The position numbers were made by a program, and so were the translations under genes. Below, in pieces: positions 1-9,604 of a stretch of DNA of 56,348 nucleotides. Position 1 is the stretch's first letter; every line of letters begins with the position of its first letter. A model generated the notes under the pieces. It was not told where the DNA came from, searched no databases, and worked only from the letters and a program-made list of their open reading frames with translations. The DNA comes from a virus. Lineage: Duplodnaviria > Caudoviricetes. The stretch is taken from the IMG/VR virus record IMGVR_UViG_3300025151_000042, positions 1 through 56,348 of that record. One strand, given 5' to 3'.

Positions 1-14
1 AGGCTGATTTGTAT

Positions 15-563
15 ATGCAGTACCCAAACTGGTTACTATACGAAGAAATACTAGATAAAGAAACCTGTGAAAGATGGATAGAAGCAGGTAAGTTAGTAGA
101 GCCACAAGAGGCATCTACTTTTAACAAAGATGACAGTCATAGAAAAACACAAATCCGATGGCTACAAAACGAAGGTGTCTATCAGGAAATGCATGATACT
201 TTTAAGAAAATTGCTTTAGATGCAAATCAATATTTCCAAACCACAATAACCTATTTGCCACCGTTGCAGTTTACAGAATATGCTGATGTCGGACATAAAT
301 ACGATATGCACCACGATGTCAACTATAATAGACAAGATGGATTCCATAGAAAACTTAGTATTGTCGTACAACTAACTGACCCTAGCGAATATGAAGGTGG
401 TATATTAACTTTCTCTCATACAGAAAATCCTGACCCCGAAGCATTAATCAAACAAGGCTCGATAATTGTTTTCTATTCTTACCTAGAACATGGCGTAAGT
501 CCGATAACAAAAGGTTCAAGAACTAGTCTTGTTGGGTGGTTTGAAGGACCACGTTGGAGATAA
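15..563 (+). CDS. 2OG-Fe(II) oxygenase (prolyl-4-hydroxylase/PKHD-like)
   Basis: HxD motif (MHHD), RKLSIVVQL, YEGG, distal His (EHGVSPIT) and RTSLVGW. ATG at 15 preferred over TTG at 9. Confidence 0.9.
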   Translation: MQYPNWLLYEEILDKETCERWIEAGKLVEPQEASTFNKDDSHRKTQIRWLQNEGVYQEMHDTFKKIALDANQYFQTTITYLPPLQFTEYADVGHKYDMHHDVNYNRQDGFHRKLSIVVQLTDPSEYEGGILTFSHTENPDPEALIKQGSIIVFYSYLEHGVSPITKGSRTSLVGWFEGPRWR

Positions 564-593
564 TTTAACTAACGTAAAAGACTAGTTAATATC

Positions 594-938
594 ATGAGCG
601 AAAGCACTAGCGTAGCATATATTATTTCCTTAATAATAATTCTTGGTATGATAGGTCCTTCGTTCAATTTAGAGTCTTTAGAAAGAGACGGTGTTGTTAC
701 TTGTAACAATGTTACTGGTAAAGTTATAGAAAAAGAAGCACCCGTTACTATTGTAGTACAAGTAAATGATAGTGTGGGTAATTACGTAAAAACTTATGAT
801 GTGTTTGTAAGTCCTAAAGCCTTCGCTAATTATAGTATTGGTGATACTCATATAGAACCTATTTGTACAGTAACCGATTATGAATACTACAAAGAAATCA
901 TAGATATGTTGCTAGAAAGTGGTATTCTAGGAGAGTAA
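594..938 (+). CDS. hypothetical membrane-anchored protein
   Basis: N-terminal hydrophobic helix followed by a small beta-rich domain. Confidence 0.6.
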   Translation: MSESTSVAYIISLIIILGMIGPSFNLESLERDGVVTCNNVTGKVIEKEAPVTIVVQVNDSVGNYVKTYDVFVSPKAFANYSIGDTHIEPICTVTDYEYYKEIIDMLLESGILGE

Positions 939-971
939 CCTTTTAAGTAGGTTTTATGTATTGGTTGTATT

Positions 972-1145
972 ATGGCTGCCGTGAGGAAGGGGAAGATTGT
1001 TTATAGTCCTCCTGAAAAATCATACACCAATGTAAACATTGAAGAAACACTTCATGGGTTCAAGTTGTATCGAGTAGGTGCGACTAGACCGTTTAGTGTC
1101 ATTCCTTTCTCAGCCGTAAAACAAATAATATATGAGCGTGAATAA
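972..1145 (+). CDS. small hypothetical protein (57 aa), not in ORF track
   Basis: MAAVRKGKIVYSPPEKSY...IIYERE*; fills the gap; TTTTAAG TATA-like box about 30 nt upstream. Confidence 0.65.
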   Translation: MAAVRKGKIVYSPPEKSYTNVNIEETLHGFKLYRVGATRPFSVIPFSAVKQIIYERE

Positions 1146-1146
1146 A

Positions 1147-1533
1147 ATGACTAACAATACAACAGCCGAGACTTGCTTAAATGCATTGAATGAAACAGTA
1201 GACTGCATACCCCTAGAATCATCATCTTTACTTGGTGATATAGAGATAATCTTACTAGCGTTAGTAGGATTAGCGGGAATAGGAGTATGGCTTTACAAAA
1301 AGTTCTTAGTACTAAATGCTGACGGTAAAATAACTCTTGATGAGATTATTGATAACGTAGATGAGGTAAAAGAAAAACTTGTAGAAGCAAAAGCAGAATT
1401 AAAAACTCTAGACGAAACTCTTGAGTCCCGTAATGTTACTGAATTAAAGGCTATGCTAAAAGAAAAGGGACTTGCTGTTAGCGGTAAGAAATCAGACCTA
1501 ATTGCTCGATTGAAGGCGAGTATGGATGAATGA
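1147..1533 (+). CDS. membrane protein with C-terminal SAP DNA-binding domain
   Basis: TM helix (IILLALVGLAGIGVWLY), EF-hand-like NADGKITLDE, coiled coil, SAP motif VTELKAMLKEKGLAVSGKKSDLIARL. Confidence 0.8.
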   Translation: MTNNTTAETCLNALNETVDCIPLESSSLLGDIEIILLALVGLAGIGVWLYKKFLVLNADGKITLDEIIDNVDEVKEKLVEAKAELKTLDETLESRNVTELKAMLKEKGLAVSGKKSDLIARLKASMDE

Positions 1534-1771
1534 AGATAGCGTTATTAGTATAAGATTAGATAATTTAGAAGAAACTGGAAAAAGACATGAAAGACTTATT
1601 GAACAACTAGTTCAGTCTAACATGGATATGAAAACAGGTCTTGCACAAGTGGCTACTGAATTAGAGGTTACTAATGGTCTTATTGCATCCTATATGTCAA
1701 ACACTCAAAAGATTACATTGGCATTAATAGCAATAGTGGCAGGGGCTATGGGTCTATCAACGCAGATGTGA
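1526..1771 (+). CDS. coiled-coil protein with C-terminal TM helix (holin/XhlA-like topology)
   Basis: Heptad-rich N-terminus and hydrophobic C-terminus ITLALIAIVAGAMGL. Confidence 0.55.
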   Translation: MNEDSVISIRLDNLEETGKRHERLIEQLVQSNMDMKTGLAQVATELEVTNGLIASYMSNTQKITLALIAIVAGAMGLSTQM

Positions 1772-1775
1772 TATT

Positions 1776-1937
1776 ATGAATCAACAAGAATGGCATATAT
1801 GGTGTAGAGACGTTACACAAAGATTAGCAAACCTTGAAAAGACACTAAAAGCGTATAACAAAATGCAGAAGCGTATGCTTTTTGTGATAATAACAGGAAC
1901 GGTGTTAAGTAATGGTCTATTATTGTACTTCAAGTGA
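1776..1937 (+). CDS. small coiled-coil + TM protein (53 aa), not in ORF track
   Basis: MNQQEWHIWCRDVTQRLANLEKTL...MLFVIITGTVLSNGLLLYFK*; co-oriented and gap-filling. Confidence 0.6.
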   Translation: MNQQEWHIWCRDVTQRLANLEKTLKAYNKMQKRMLFVIITGTVLSNGLLLYFK

Positions 1938-2445
1938 TGTTGGTATGAGGCTTGGGCTAAACTCAGCCCAACGCACACAAGCAGCATCTAAGTTAACTCT
2001 TGCTATACGCAGGGCTACAATAGATATAGACCAAGTTTTTAGAGACTACGGTAGAAATGTACCTAGCAAATCTATAGCAGACACTACACTTAACGGTGCG
2101 GTAAGTGCGGGTGCTACTACTATTACTTTGACTAGTTCTGCTTCTTTTACTACAACAGGTAATGGAAACGTAGATGGTGATTCTTTTGCGTGGACAGGTA
2201 AAGACTCTGATAATTCTAACATACTAACGGGTGTTAGTGGTATTAGTGCAGACCACGCTACAGGCGTTACTGTTCAAGCGGGAGAGTTTGCTCACGTTCT
2301 TAGAGAAATATGTGCCGATATTGCAGCAGCCTACTATATGGAAGATGAGGGTACATTTCAAGAAAACTCTATGAGAGGTGGAGTGTTGAGAGAAAGAGGT
2401 ACATTTAACCTAACTAGACTAGCCCACTTGGGTAGTGTAGATTAG
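1912..2445 (+). CDS. head-tail adaptor (Mu gp36/gp6-like) with inserted beta domain
   Basis: N-terminal YCTSSDV, helix AIRRATIDID and LREICADIAAAYY are typical of adaptor proteins; lies upstream of the tail genes. Confidence 0.7.
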   Translation: MVYYCTSSDVGMRLGLNSAQRTQAASKLTLAIRRATIDIDQVFRDYGRNVPSKSIADTTLNGAVSAGATTITLTSSASFTTTGNGNVDGDSFAWTGKDSDNSNILTGVSGISADHATGVTVQAGEFAHVLREICADIAAAYYMEDEGTFQENSMRGGVLRERGTFNLTRLAHLGSVD

Positions 2446-2453
2446 GTGAGAAC

Positions 2454-3119
2454 ATGAAGGGATTTACAAAAGTACCTTATATGCATGCAGGGTTTCCTAA
2501 AATAGATGCGGTAGGTAGATTTAGACAAAATGTAGTAGAACAACTAGATACCCAACAAGAAGTACTCGACAAAGAAGTAAAAGATATGAAAAAATATCTT
2601 GGAAAACATAGTATAAGAACACCAACTAATAAATTAAAAACTAGTCGCAACACTAAAAGTCCTTTAACCTTTGATGCTTATTTAGATAAAAGCGGTTATG
2701 ATAGTGCATTTCGTTTTATCAATAAAGAAATTAAAATGAAAATGGTCGAGGCTTTAGAGGCCGCATTAACTGATGCTAGTTTTAAGACTATTGACGAAGT
2801 TGTAAATATGCGTAGGGCATTCAAAGGTAAACATTCTTCCTCAGTAAGAGTAAAAAGAGATTTATATGATGTAATCGGTAATTCTTTATGGTGGGGTAGA
2901 CAGGAAGGTCAACAAAAAAACCAATTTATCTCTTTTAATGCGGGTTCTTATGACGATTCTCAATCGTATAATGAAGTACCTACGGGCGTTACTGGTAGTA
3001 GGGGTGCTAATCTAACTGAGTTGACGGCAGAAGGTACAGGTAGTTTTAGAATAGACTCACACCCTCTAGGTGGAACAAAAAGATTAGTTAATCACTTAAA
3101 GAATGCAAGAGGTGGTTAA
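2454..3119 (+). CDS. putative neck/tail-completion protein
   Basis: Basic protein between adaptor and tail terminator; positional inference only. Confidence 0.4.
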   Translation: MKGFTKVPYMHAGFPKIDAVGRFRQNVVEQLDTQQEVLDKEVKDMKKYLGKHSIRTPTNKLKTSRNTKSPLTFDAYLDKSGYDSAFRFINKEIKMKMVEALEAALTDASFKTIDEVVNMRRAFKGKHSSSVRVKRDLYDVIGNSLWWGRQEGQQKNQFISFNAGSYDDSQSYNEVPTGVTGSRGANLTELTAEGTGSFRIDSHPLGGTKRLVNHLKNARGG

Positions 3120-3120
3120 T

Positions 3121-4182
3121 ATGGGTATAGCAACAAAAACACAATATTGGAATAGTAGGATGACGGGTTCAGACCCTACTGCATTAACTGGTACATTTAA
3201 TGATAGTTGGACTGCTGCCGGTAGTGGTTCAGCATCCGGTGGTGATTGGATAATTACTAACGGAACATATAGTATTACACCGGAAGCAGGTGGCTCTTAC
3301 ACCTTAGTTGCTGCTTTTGAATATACTACCGCACCTAGTACTAATACTGTTCTTATGACCTTAGATAATGGTACTCATAAAGTAGAGGTAAAATCAACAG
3401 GTAATAATACATCATTAAGTTTAGTAGGTGCTAGTACTGTTACTGTTAGTGATTTAGACATTAAAAAAGAAGAAGAGAAACCAGTTACTTTAATCTTAAG
3501 ACTAACTTTAGAGGCAGGTGGGGCAGCAAAACTTTACACACACGAAATAGTTAACGACTTTACTGGCGCAGTTGCCTATTATAGCGTCACAGGAGCGTCT
3601 GGAAGCAGCGCATCGGTTAGTTGGGGTAATACTAGCGGCAGCGTAAAATGGTCGGCTGTATATTACTCTAAGTTCGGTGCATTTACACCCGAAGAATTAC
3701 TAATATCTGACTTCGCGCAAGATACTTTGGCTAGAATGGGTCTTGGTATAGTACAGCAATTAAAAGATAGTACTAGGATGTATCTAAAAACACAAGTACC
3801 GGACTCATCAATAATATATGGTTATGATATATCTTCGCAAATGCTTAACAGAATACCTGTACCGAGCATACACGTTTTAATATCTGAGTTAAACTCGCCT
3901 AATTTTGAGTCATTAGGTGGTGCAAAAATAACACAAGAGTACGATGTTAGGGTATTTATTACTGTTAGGGGTACTAATTATGAAGATGCTTACCGAGCAG
4001 GACTTAATATTATGGGAGAAGTATTCGATGAATTATACACAAATACTGGGGTACAAGCCACAACAGACAGTATTATTTCATACGATGCTAAACTAGATTC
4101 AAAAATGGATGATGACGAGACTGTTTGTGTTCATGTATTAACCCTTACTTATATGAGAAGAATAGATATGAGACACCGATAA
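3121..4182 (+). CDS. tail terminator-like protein with N-terminal beta-sandwich domain
   Basis: C-terminal PSIHV...EYDVRVFITVR...HVLTLTY pattern of tail terminators; directly upstream of the tail tube gene. Confidence 0.6.
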   Translation: MGIATKTQYWNSRMTGSDPTALTGTFNDSWTAAGSGSASGGDWIITNGTYSITPEAGGSYTLVAAFEYTTAPSTNTVLMTLDNGTHKVEVKSTGNNTSLSLVGASTVTVSDLDIKKEEEKPVTLILRLTLEAGGAAKLYTHEIVNDFTGAVAYYSVTGASGSSASVSWGNTSGSVKWSAVYYSKFGAFTPEELLISDFAQDTLARMGLGIVQQLKDSTRMYLKTQVPDSSIIYGYDISSQMLNRIPVPSIHVLISELNSPNFESLGGAKITQEYDVRVFITVRGTNYEDAYRAGLNIMGEVFDELYTNTGVQATTDSIISYDAKLDSKMDDDETVCVHVLTLTYMRRIDMRHR

Positions 4183-4234
4183 TAATATTGATAAGGCAGT
4201 CAATCCCTCGACACACTATACTAGGGGCATTTAT

Positions 4235-5446
4235 ATGGTAGAGTTCTTAAATAGATATGTTGGAATGAAGAAAGAAGCGACGTATGGTACAGTAGCAACA
4301 GGTGCTATAACTACGTTTGAACACGGAGAAGTTGATGATGAATCATTTGCTACAAGAATGGATTTGTTGACAAGACAAGACATGAGTAGAGCAATTGTTA
4401 GTAAATCTGTAACAGGTACAGAATATTCAGAAGGTGGTTTTAGTATGGCTCTGCAAATTGATGATTTTACAGGAAATGTTTTAGCGGCATTTTTCCCTAA
4501 TACAAGTTATTCAAGTCCAACACATACTTTTGAAGAACCAAGCACAAGTTCACACTCTTACAATTCATACACTTTTACAGTAGGTAGGGAAGATAGAGAG
4601 ATAACTTACAAAGGAATGGTAGCAAACACATTATCGGTAACAGCAAACGTAGGAGAATACGTTATGATGAGTGCTGATTTCGTAGGCCAAAGAGAAGTAG
4701 TTAGAACGGTGGCTTCTAATTATTCTAGTGGTGCTACATCTTTAGTATTATCAGCAGGGCAAGGAGCAGGGCTGCACACATCGGGTACAGGTTTTGCAGA
4801 CGGTAATGCTATTACTTGGTCTAACTTAAGCACAGACACATTAACAGTAGCAGACATAGGAACAGACGTAAGCGCAGGTTCAGTAGTGGAGATTAATCCA
4901 CAAACAGTTACTTTCGCAGGAGACGCAGTTGACGCTCTTTACTTTGCTAACGGTTCAGTAAACTTTGACGATGGAACAGGCACAGCACCGGCAGCATCAG
5001 CAAGTGTTAAATCAGTTGATTTCCAAATAAACCTAAATCCCGATACAGATAACGCATACGCAATAGGAGACAGTACATACGGTAGCCAACCAAAAATGCA
5101 GCGAAGAGAAATCACAGGAACAGTTGAGTTTAACAAAGTTGTGTACTTAGACCAAACACTAGATGAGCCGGATTATTCAGCATTAGTTTCATCAGATGGA
5201 TTAGATTATTCAGACGCAGCAGCAGACCCAACAATGGTACTAAAGTTTACCGATGAAGCGGGTACAAACCACATTACCTTTAACTTCTATCACATTAGAT
5301 GGGAAACACCTACTGCTAACGTAAGCGGAAGAGATACAAATACAATGAGTGTTGGTTTCGTAGCACTATATGATGCAACAGGAAGTGGCGCAGATAAGGC
5401 TATGAATGTAACAATGCGTGGCTCTGATAAAACGTCTGCATACTAA
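4235..5446 (+). CDS. major tail tube protein
   Basis: YVGMKKEATYGT N-terminus, YKGMVANTLSV and RREITGTVEF; precedes chaperone and tape measure genes; no sheath gene seen. Confidence 0.8.
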   Translation: MVEFLNRYVGMKKEATYGTVATGAITTFEHGEVDDESFATRMDLLTRQDMSRAIVSKSVTGTEYSEGGFSMALQIDDFTGNVLAAFFPNTSYSSPTHTFEEPSTSSHSYNSYTFTVGREDREITYKGMVANTLSVTANVGEYVMMSADFVGQREVVRTVASNYSSGATSLVLSAGQGAGLHTSGTGFADGNAITWSNLSTDTLTVADIGTDVSAGSVVEINPQTVTFAGDAVDALYFANGSVNFDDGTGTAPAASASVKSVDFQINLNPDTDNAYAIGDSTYGSQPKMQRREITGTVEFNKVVYLDQTLDEPDYSALVSSDGLDYSDAAADPTMVLKFTDEAGTNHITFNFYHIRWETPTANVSGRDTNTMSVGFVALYDATGSGADKAMNVTMRGSDKTSAY

Positions 5447-5455
5447 GGTGATTAA

Positions 5456-5659
5456 ATGAAAGATTTTATAGATTCATTAAATAGAGATATACCGGAACAC
5501 ATGATGGAAACACTTTTATCTATGACTGATAAAAGAAAGGTTATGAAGTATTGTAAACAATACCCAATGTTAAAAGTAAAACCTAAAGTTGTTAAAAAGG
5601 TAGAAGAAAAACCTAAACCTAAAGTTTCTTTACCCGTAAAAGAAAAGAAAGAAGAGTAA
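5456..5659 (+). CDS. small Lys-rich hypothetical protein
   Basis: GGTGA SD upstream; 67-aa ORF. Confidence 0.6.
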   Translation: MKDFIDSLNRDIPEHMMETLLSMTDKRKVMKYCKQYPMLKVKPKVVKKVEEKPKPKVSLPVKEKKEE

Positions 5660-5715
5660 TTCTTTATTAAAGGAATACGTCTTACAACAACTAGCGAGAG
5701 CGAGAGTGTGGTATT

Positions 5716-6057
5716 ATGCCAGTAATGAAAAAAGAAATAGAGTTAGAAGATGGAACAAAGATTTGGGTTAGACAAGCATCCGGTATGGAAAAGTTGGCAG
5801 TAACTACTGCACAAGGTAAAGCGTTTAGAAAAATGCGCCACGCAGGTGAACCGGAAAATTGGACAGACGAACAAAACCAAGAGTTTACGGATTTAGTTGA
5901 GGAATATGGTGGTAGCGTTACCACACAAATGAAAGAGTGGATTCCTAATTGTATATTAGATGAAGGTATTGACATCAACACATTAACCTCAGACGAATTA
6001 TTAACAATATTATACTTTGTAAGAGGGGATGAACAGGATGGCGCTATCCCTTTGTAG
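5716..6057 (+). CDS. tail assembly chaperone (gpG-like)
   Basis: Acidic 113-aa ORF between tail tube and tape measure genes, ending in a slippery heptamer. Confidence 0.75.
   Translation: MPVMKKEIELEDGTKIWVRQASGMEKLAVTTAQGKAFRKMRHAGEPENWTDEQNQEFTDLVEEYGGSVTTQMKEWIPNCILDEGIDINTLTSDELLTILYFVRGDEQDGAIPL
6048..6054 (+). promoter_or_regulatory. -1 programmed ribosomal frameshift site C CCT TTG
   Basis: X XXY YYZ heptamer immediately before the TAG. The -1 frame is open (PFVDFIRVAPSLC) and continuous with ORF 6087..6362. Confidence 0.75.
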
Positions 6058-6362
6058 ACTTTATTAGAGTAGCCCCCTCTCTATGTATGGCCTTTAAGGG
6101 GGTTTTACCCTCTGATTTATGGTTAAAATATAACGTAAAGGGCGGTAGGTATTTACTAGAATTAGATTTGTTAATAGCGGCAGAAATAAATGATAAAATA
6201 TCAGATGTGTCAACCGAAGCAAGCAAGAAAAATGCTATGGGTGCTGTCGCTAGACGTGACCAAAGAAGGGAAAAACGCAAACTATTATCAAACAACAACG
6301 ACCTACTTAATATATTGAGAGATAGCGGAGTGCCTGTTGAGGGCAAGAGTAGAGAGGATTAA
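6048..6362 (+). CDS. frameshift extension of tail assembly chaperone (gpT-like)
   Basis: -1 frame relative to 5716..6057, open from the slippery site to the stop at 6362. Confidence 0.7.
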   Translation, partial: PFVDFIRVAPSLCMAFKGVLPSDLWLKYNVKGGRYLLELDLLIAAEINDKISDVSTEASKKNAMGAVARRDQRREKRKLLSNNNDLLNILRDSGVPVEGKSRED

Positions 6363-6363
6363 A

Positions 6364-9300
6364 ATGATAGAAAGTACATTTTTGCCTTATCTAACTACTA
6401 TATTTCCAATAGTATGTGCTATTACTTTACTAGTTCTACGTGCCGGTGCGTCTAGGGTTTTCTTCGACATTGTGGGTACTTTCCAAGCAGATAGATTAAT
6501 TCAAGATGCTAAAGCGTCAAAGGCAGTTTTTGAGGCTTTATACTTAGATACTTTTACGGGTATTCAAGAAGCAGGGCAAGAAGTAGGTGATATGTTTACT
6601 GATATGTTAGACGTTGTTATTCCTATAACAGAAGAAATAGAAGAAGCAAGAATACAATTGGAAAAGTTTTTAGATGCGCCCGCAAGTCAAATGGGAGAAT
6701 TGGCCGATGATATTCAAGATATAGGTCTTGAGTTTGGTTTTGCTGCTGACGCTGCTATGGAAGCCGGCGCTAAAATGGCTCAATTGTCCGGTGTTTTAGG
6801 TACTGCTTCTTTACCTATTGGTACAGAAGTAGGTATGATGTTTGGTCTTATATCCGGTATGGAAACCGACGTAGCCATGCAAAGACTAATTAACTTACAA
6901 CAACAGACTAAGTTTATGACAGAAAATATTACAGAAGAGATGAGCGAAAGAGAAAAAGCAAATCAAATACGTAGAGATTCTATACGGGTGTTAGACCAAC
7001 TTAACACCGTCGAAAATAGGTCGGTTGCTACGATGGAGCAAATTACTTTCGTTATGAATCAATTCGCGTCACAGGCTGAGTTGACTAACGAAAGCATAGC
7101 AAGTATGGCTGCATTATCCGCTACACTTATTGAAGCAGGTGAAGAACAAGGTAAGGGTGGTCGTGCTTTGCGTATGATGTACGCTAGGCTTGGTGCTGAT
7201 ATTAACGGTTCAAGAAAAGCAGTTGAAGATTTAGGTATTGCTGTTGCTGATAACGAAGGAAACATGAGGGCGCTTTCAGATGTTCTTGTTGACCTAGCAG
7301 CCGCTTATCATACAATGTCCGGTGAAGAACAAACTGCTTTGGCTCAAACAGTAGCGGGTAACAGACATTATACTCGACTGATTAAATTATTAGAAAACGT
7401 AGATAGGGTAAAAGAACTAGAGTTTGAAGCAACAATCGCTATGTTCCCTGCTATGGATGAAATAGACAGAAGAAGGGACACAGAATTATTTAAGTTACAG
7501 AAAGCGCAATCAGAATACAAAAACTATACTGGGTTGATAGGTGAAGAGTTACTACCTGTTTTAACATCTGTAACTAAAAAACAAACTGAGTTTACAAAGT
7601 CTCTATTAAGTTTTATAGATACTCCTGTTATCGGAGATATGTTAAAAGGAACAATAGGACTTGTTAAAACAATGCAAGCGTTTGCCGGACCTGCTGCCAC
7701 AATGTTATTATCTTTAGCAAATATAAACGTGGCTTTACAGACACAAGCCGCAATTTCTAGGGCTTTGAACGGAGAGCAAATTGCTAGATTAGATGGTGAT
7801 GCCGCAACCGGCAAAGGTTTAATTAATGAAATTGCTTTACGAAAACAACTTAGTAGGCAACTACAAGTTGAGGAAATACTAAAAAAGAGAGCAAGACGTG
7901 ACGAATTAAACGCTGGAAAACTAATAAATAAAACAATGGTTAAACAAGCAGAAGCGGCTTTAGAGAAAAATATTGGTAAACTAAGAGAAGAAAAAATAGA
8001 ACACGATAAAATACGTGTTCTTCTTGGTATTAAAATTACTCAGTTTGACAGATTAAATGGTCAAAAGGAACGTACTGCCGCAGAAACAAGAAGGTTAAAA
8101 AAATTAGAAGGAGAGATAGTAACACTAAATAAACAAAACGTAACTTCCGAAAGAAGAAAACTTGAATTAAAAAGGGCGCAAGAACCTCTAGAAGCAAAAA
8201 TATTTGCGTTTAAGGAAAAAGAAGCAAGAAGAAGTGCGTATTTTGCTGAGTTGGAAGTATTAAAAATTAAAAATAAGTCAAAAGAAATGTTAAATATGGT
8301 GGCCGCAGTAGGTTCAATAGGTACTCTCTTTATGATGCTTCCTGATAAAATGATACCATTTATTGATAAACAAGAGCAAATGAAATATGGTATGATGTTA
8401 AATGCTGCCGCTTTTGGTATGCAAACTATTGCTATGGTTAAAAACTCAATCGCTGCTGCGGCAAATGCGGCAAGCACAGTAGTTTTAACAAAGGCACAAA
8501 TAGCCGAAGGAATTGCTTTAGGTTTTACTACTCAAGAAATTGCTGAACAGTCGGGGATGACTCTTGCTTTAGTAGAAGCACAAGTAGGCGCAACGGCCTC
8601 TACTACTGCTTTAACAGCAGCGCAAGCGAATTATGCTGCATCAATAGCCCCTACTGGCGTAATGGCAAGAATAGGTGCGTTTGCAGCAGCAATACCCAAA
8701 CCCGTACAAATTATGTTAGCAGTAGGGGCTATTGCACTTCTAGCAAAAGGTTTTAGCAAACTTAAAAAAAGTACAAAGGATGCAGAGAAATCATTATCAG
8801 ATTTTAATAAAGTTTCACTAGATACTGAAATGGTAATGGAGTTTGTAAAAGATAATGATTTAGATATAAATGAAGCATTAAAAGAAAGGACTAGGATTTA
8901 TGAAACAATAAAGGATTCAGAAGATGAGATTTTACAATCAAAGGCTGAGGGCTTATTAATAGAAATGAAAGCATTAGAAAATGCAAGAAGAATTAAAGCC
9001 TTTAGTGATGAAAGTTTTGATATGACTGTGGCGAAAGATTTGTTTGCGCTACAAAAACAAGAACAAGATTTGTTGAAGGGAGGAAGAGGATTGCCGACAA
9101 GTTTAGGCGACCTTAATGAACGAATTGCTATGTCTCTTGGTTTTAGTGGTAAAGGTTTAGGTGGACCAATTGAACAAACAAGAAAAGAAATAGAGAAGTT
9201 TAAGAATGAATATGTAGATTTGGCGGCATTTATAGATTTGCATAAAATTACCACTTTTGAAGAATTAGAAGTAACTGCTGAAACTTTTGGTACAACTATT

Positions 9301-9600
9301 AGAGAGTTAATGAATAAAGAAGAAGAAGCAGTTATGAATCTAACTACTTCATACTCACTATTAAGTAGTGAAGTTGAGGGCTTTGCTAATACTAGGGAAG
9401 AAATGTTCTATGGGTTTGATAGAAATAATTTGACAGGAGACTTGGTTAGACAGGTTACACAACAAGGGGTTGAAACATTAATTACTAATACGGAATTAAT
9501 AATGACAAATAATTTTAATGGTATAACCGACGTACAAAATATAGTAGATACTATAATTGATGAATTAGAGAGTAGAGGGATAGCGCAGGGTTCGGTGTGA
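6364..9600 (+). CDS. tail tape measure protein
   Basis: ~1080 aa, helical and Ala-rich; TP901-type core (GEEQGKGGRALRMMY, LGIAVADNEGNMRALSDVL); canonical position. Confidence 0.9.
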   Translation: MIESTFLPYLTTIFPIVCAITLLVLRAGASRVFFDIVGTFQADRLIQDAKASKAVFEALYLDTFTGIQEAGQEVGDMFTDMLDVVIPITEEIEEARIQLEKFLDAPASQMGELADDIQDIGLEFGFAADAAMEAGAKMAQLSGVLGTASLPIGTEVGMMFGLISGMETDVAMQRLINLQQQTKFMTENITEEMSEREKANQIRRDSIRVLDQLNTVENRSVATMEQITFVMNQFASQAELTNESIASMAALSATLIEAGEEQGKGGRALRMMYARLGADINGSRKAVEDLGIAVADNEGNMRALSDVLVDLAAAYHTMSGEEQTALAQTVAGNRHYTRLIKLLENVDRVKELEFEATIAMFPAMDEIDRRRDTELFKLQKAQSEYKNYTGLIGEELLPVLTSVTKKQTEFTKSLLSFIDTPVIGDMLKGTIGLVKTMQAFAGPAATMLLSLANINVALQTQAAISRALNGEQIARLDGDAATGKGLINEIALRKQLSRQLQVEEILKKRARRDELNAGKLINKTMVKQAEAALEKNIGKLREEKIEHDKIRVLLGIKITQFDRLNGQKERTAAETRRLKKLEGEIVTLNKQNVTSERRKLELKRAQEPLEAKIFAFKEKEARRSAYFAELEVLKIKNKSKEMLNMVAAVGSIGTLFMMLPDKMIPFIDKQEQMKYGMMLNAAAFGMQTIAMVKNSIAAAANAASTVVLTKAQIAEGIALGFTTQEIAEQSGMTLALVEAQVGATASTTALTAAQANYAASIAPTGVMARIGAFAAAIPKPVQIMLAVGAIALLAKGFSKLKKSTKDAEKSLSDFNKVSLDTEMVMEFVKDNDLDINEALKERTRIYETIKDSEDEILQSKAEGLLIEMKALENARRIKAFSDESFDMTVAKDLFALQKQEQDLLKGGRGLPTSLGDLNERIAMSLGFSGKGLGGPIEQTRKEIEKFKNEYVDLAAFIDLHKITTFEELEVTAETFGTTIRELMNKEEEAVMNLTTSYSLLSSEVEGFANTREEMFYGFDRNNLTGDLVRQVTQQGVETLITNTELIMTNNFNGITDVQNIVDTIIDELESRGIAQGSV

Positions 9601-9604
9601 GTGA

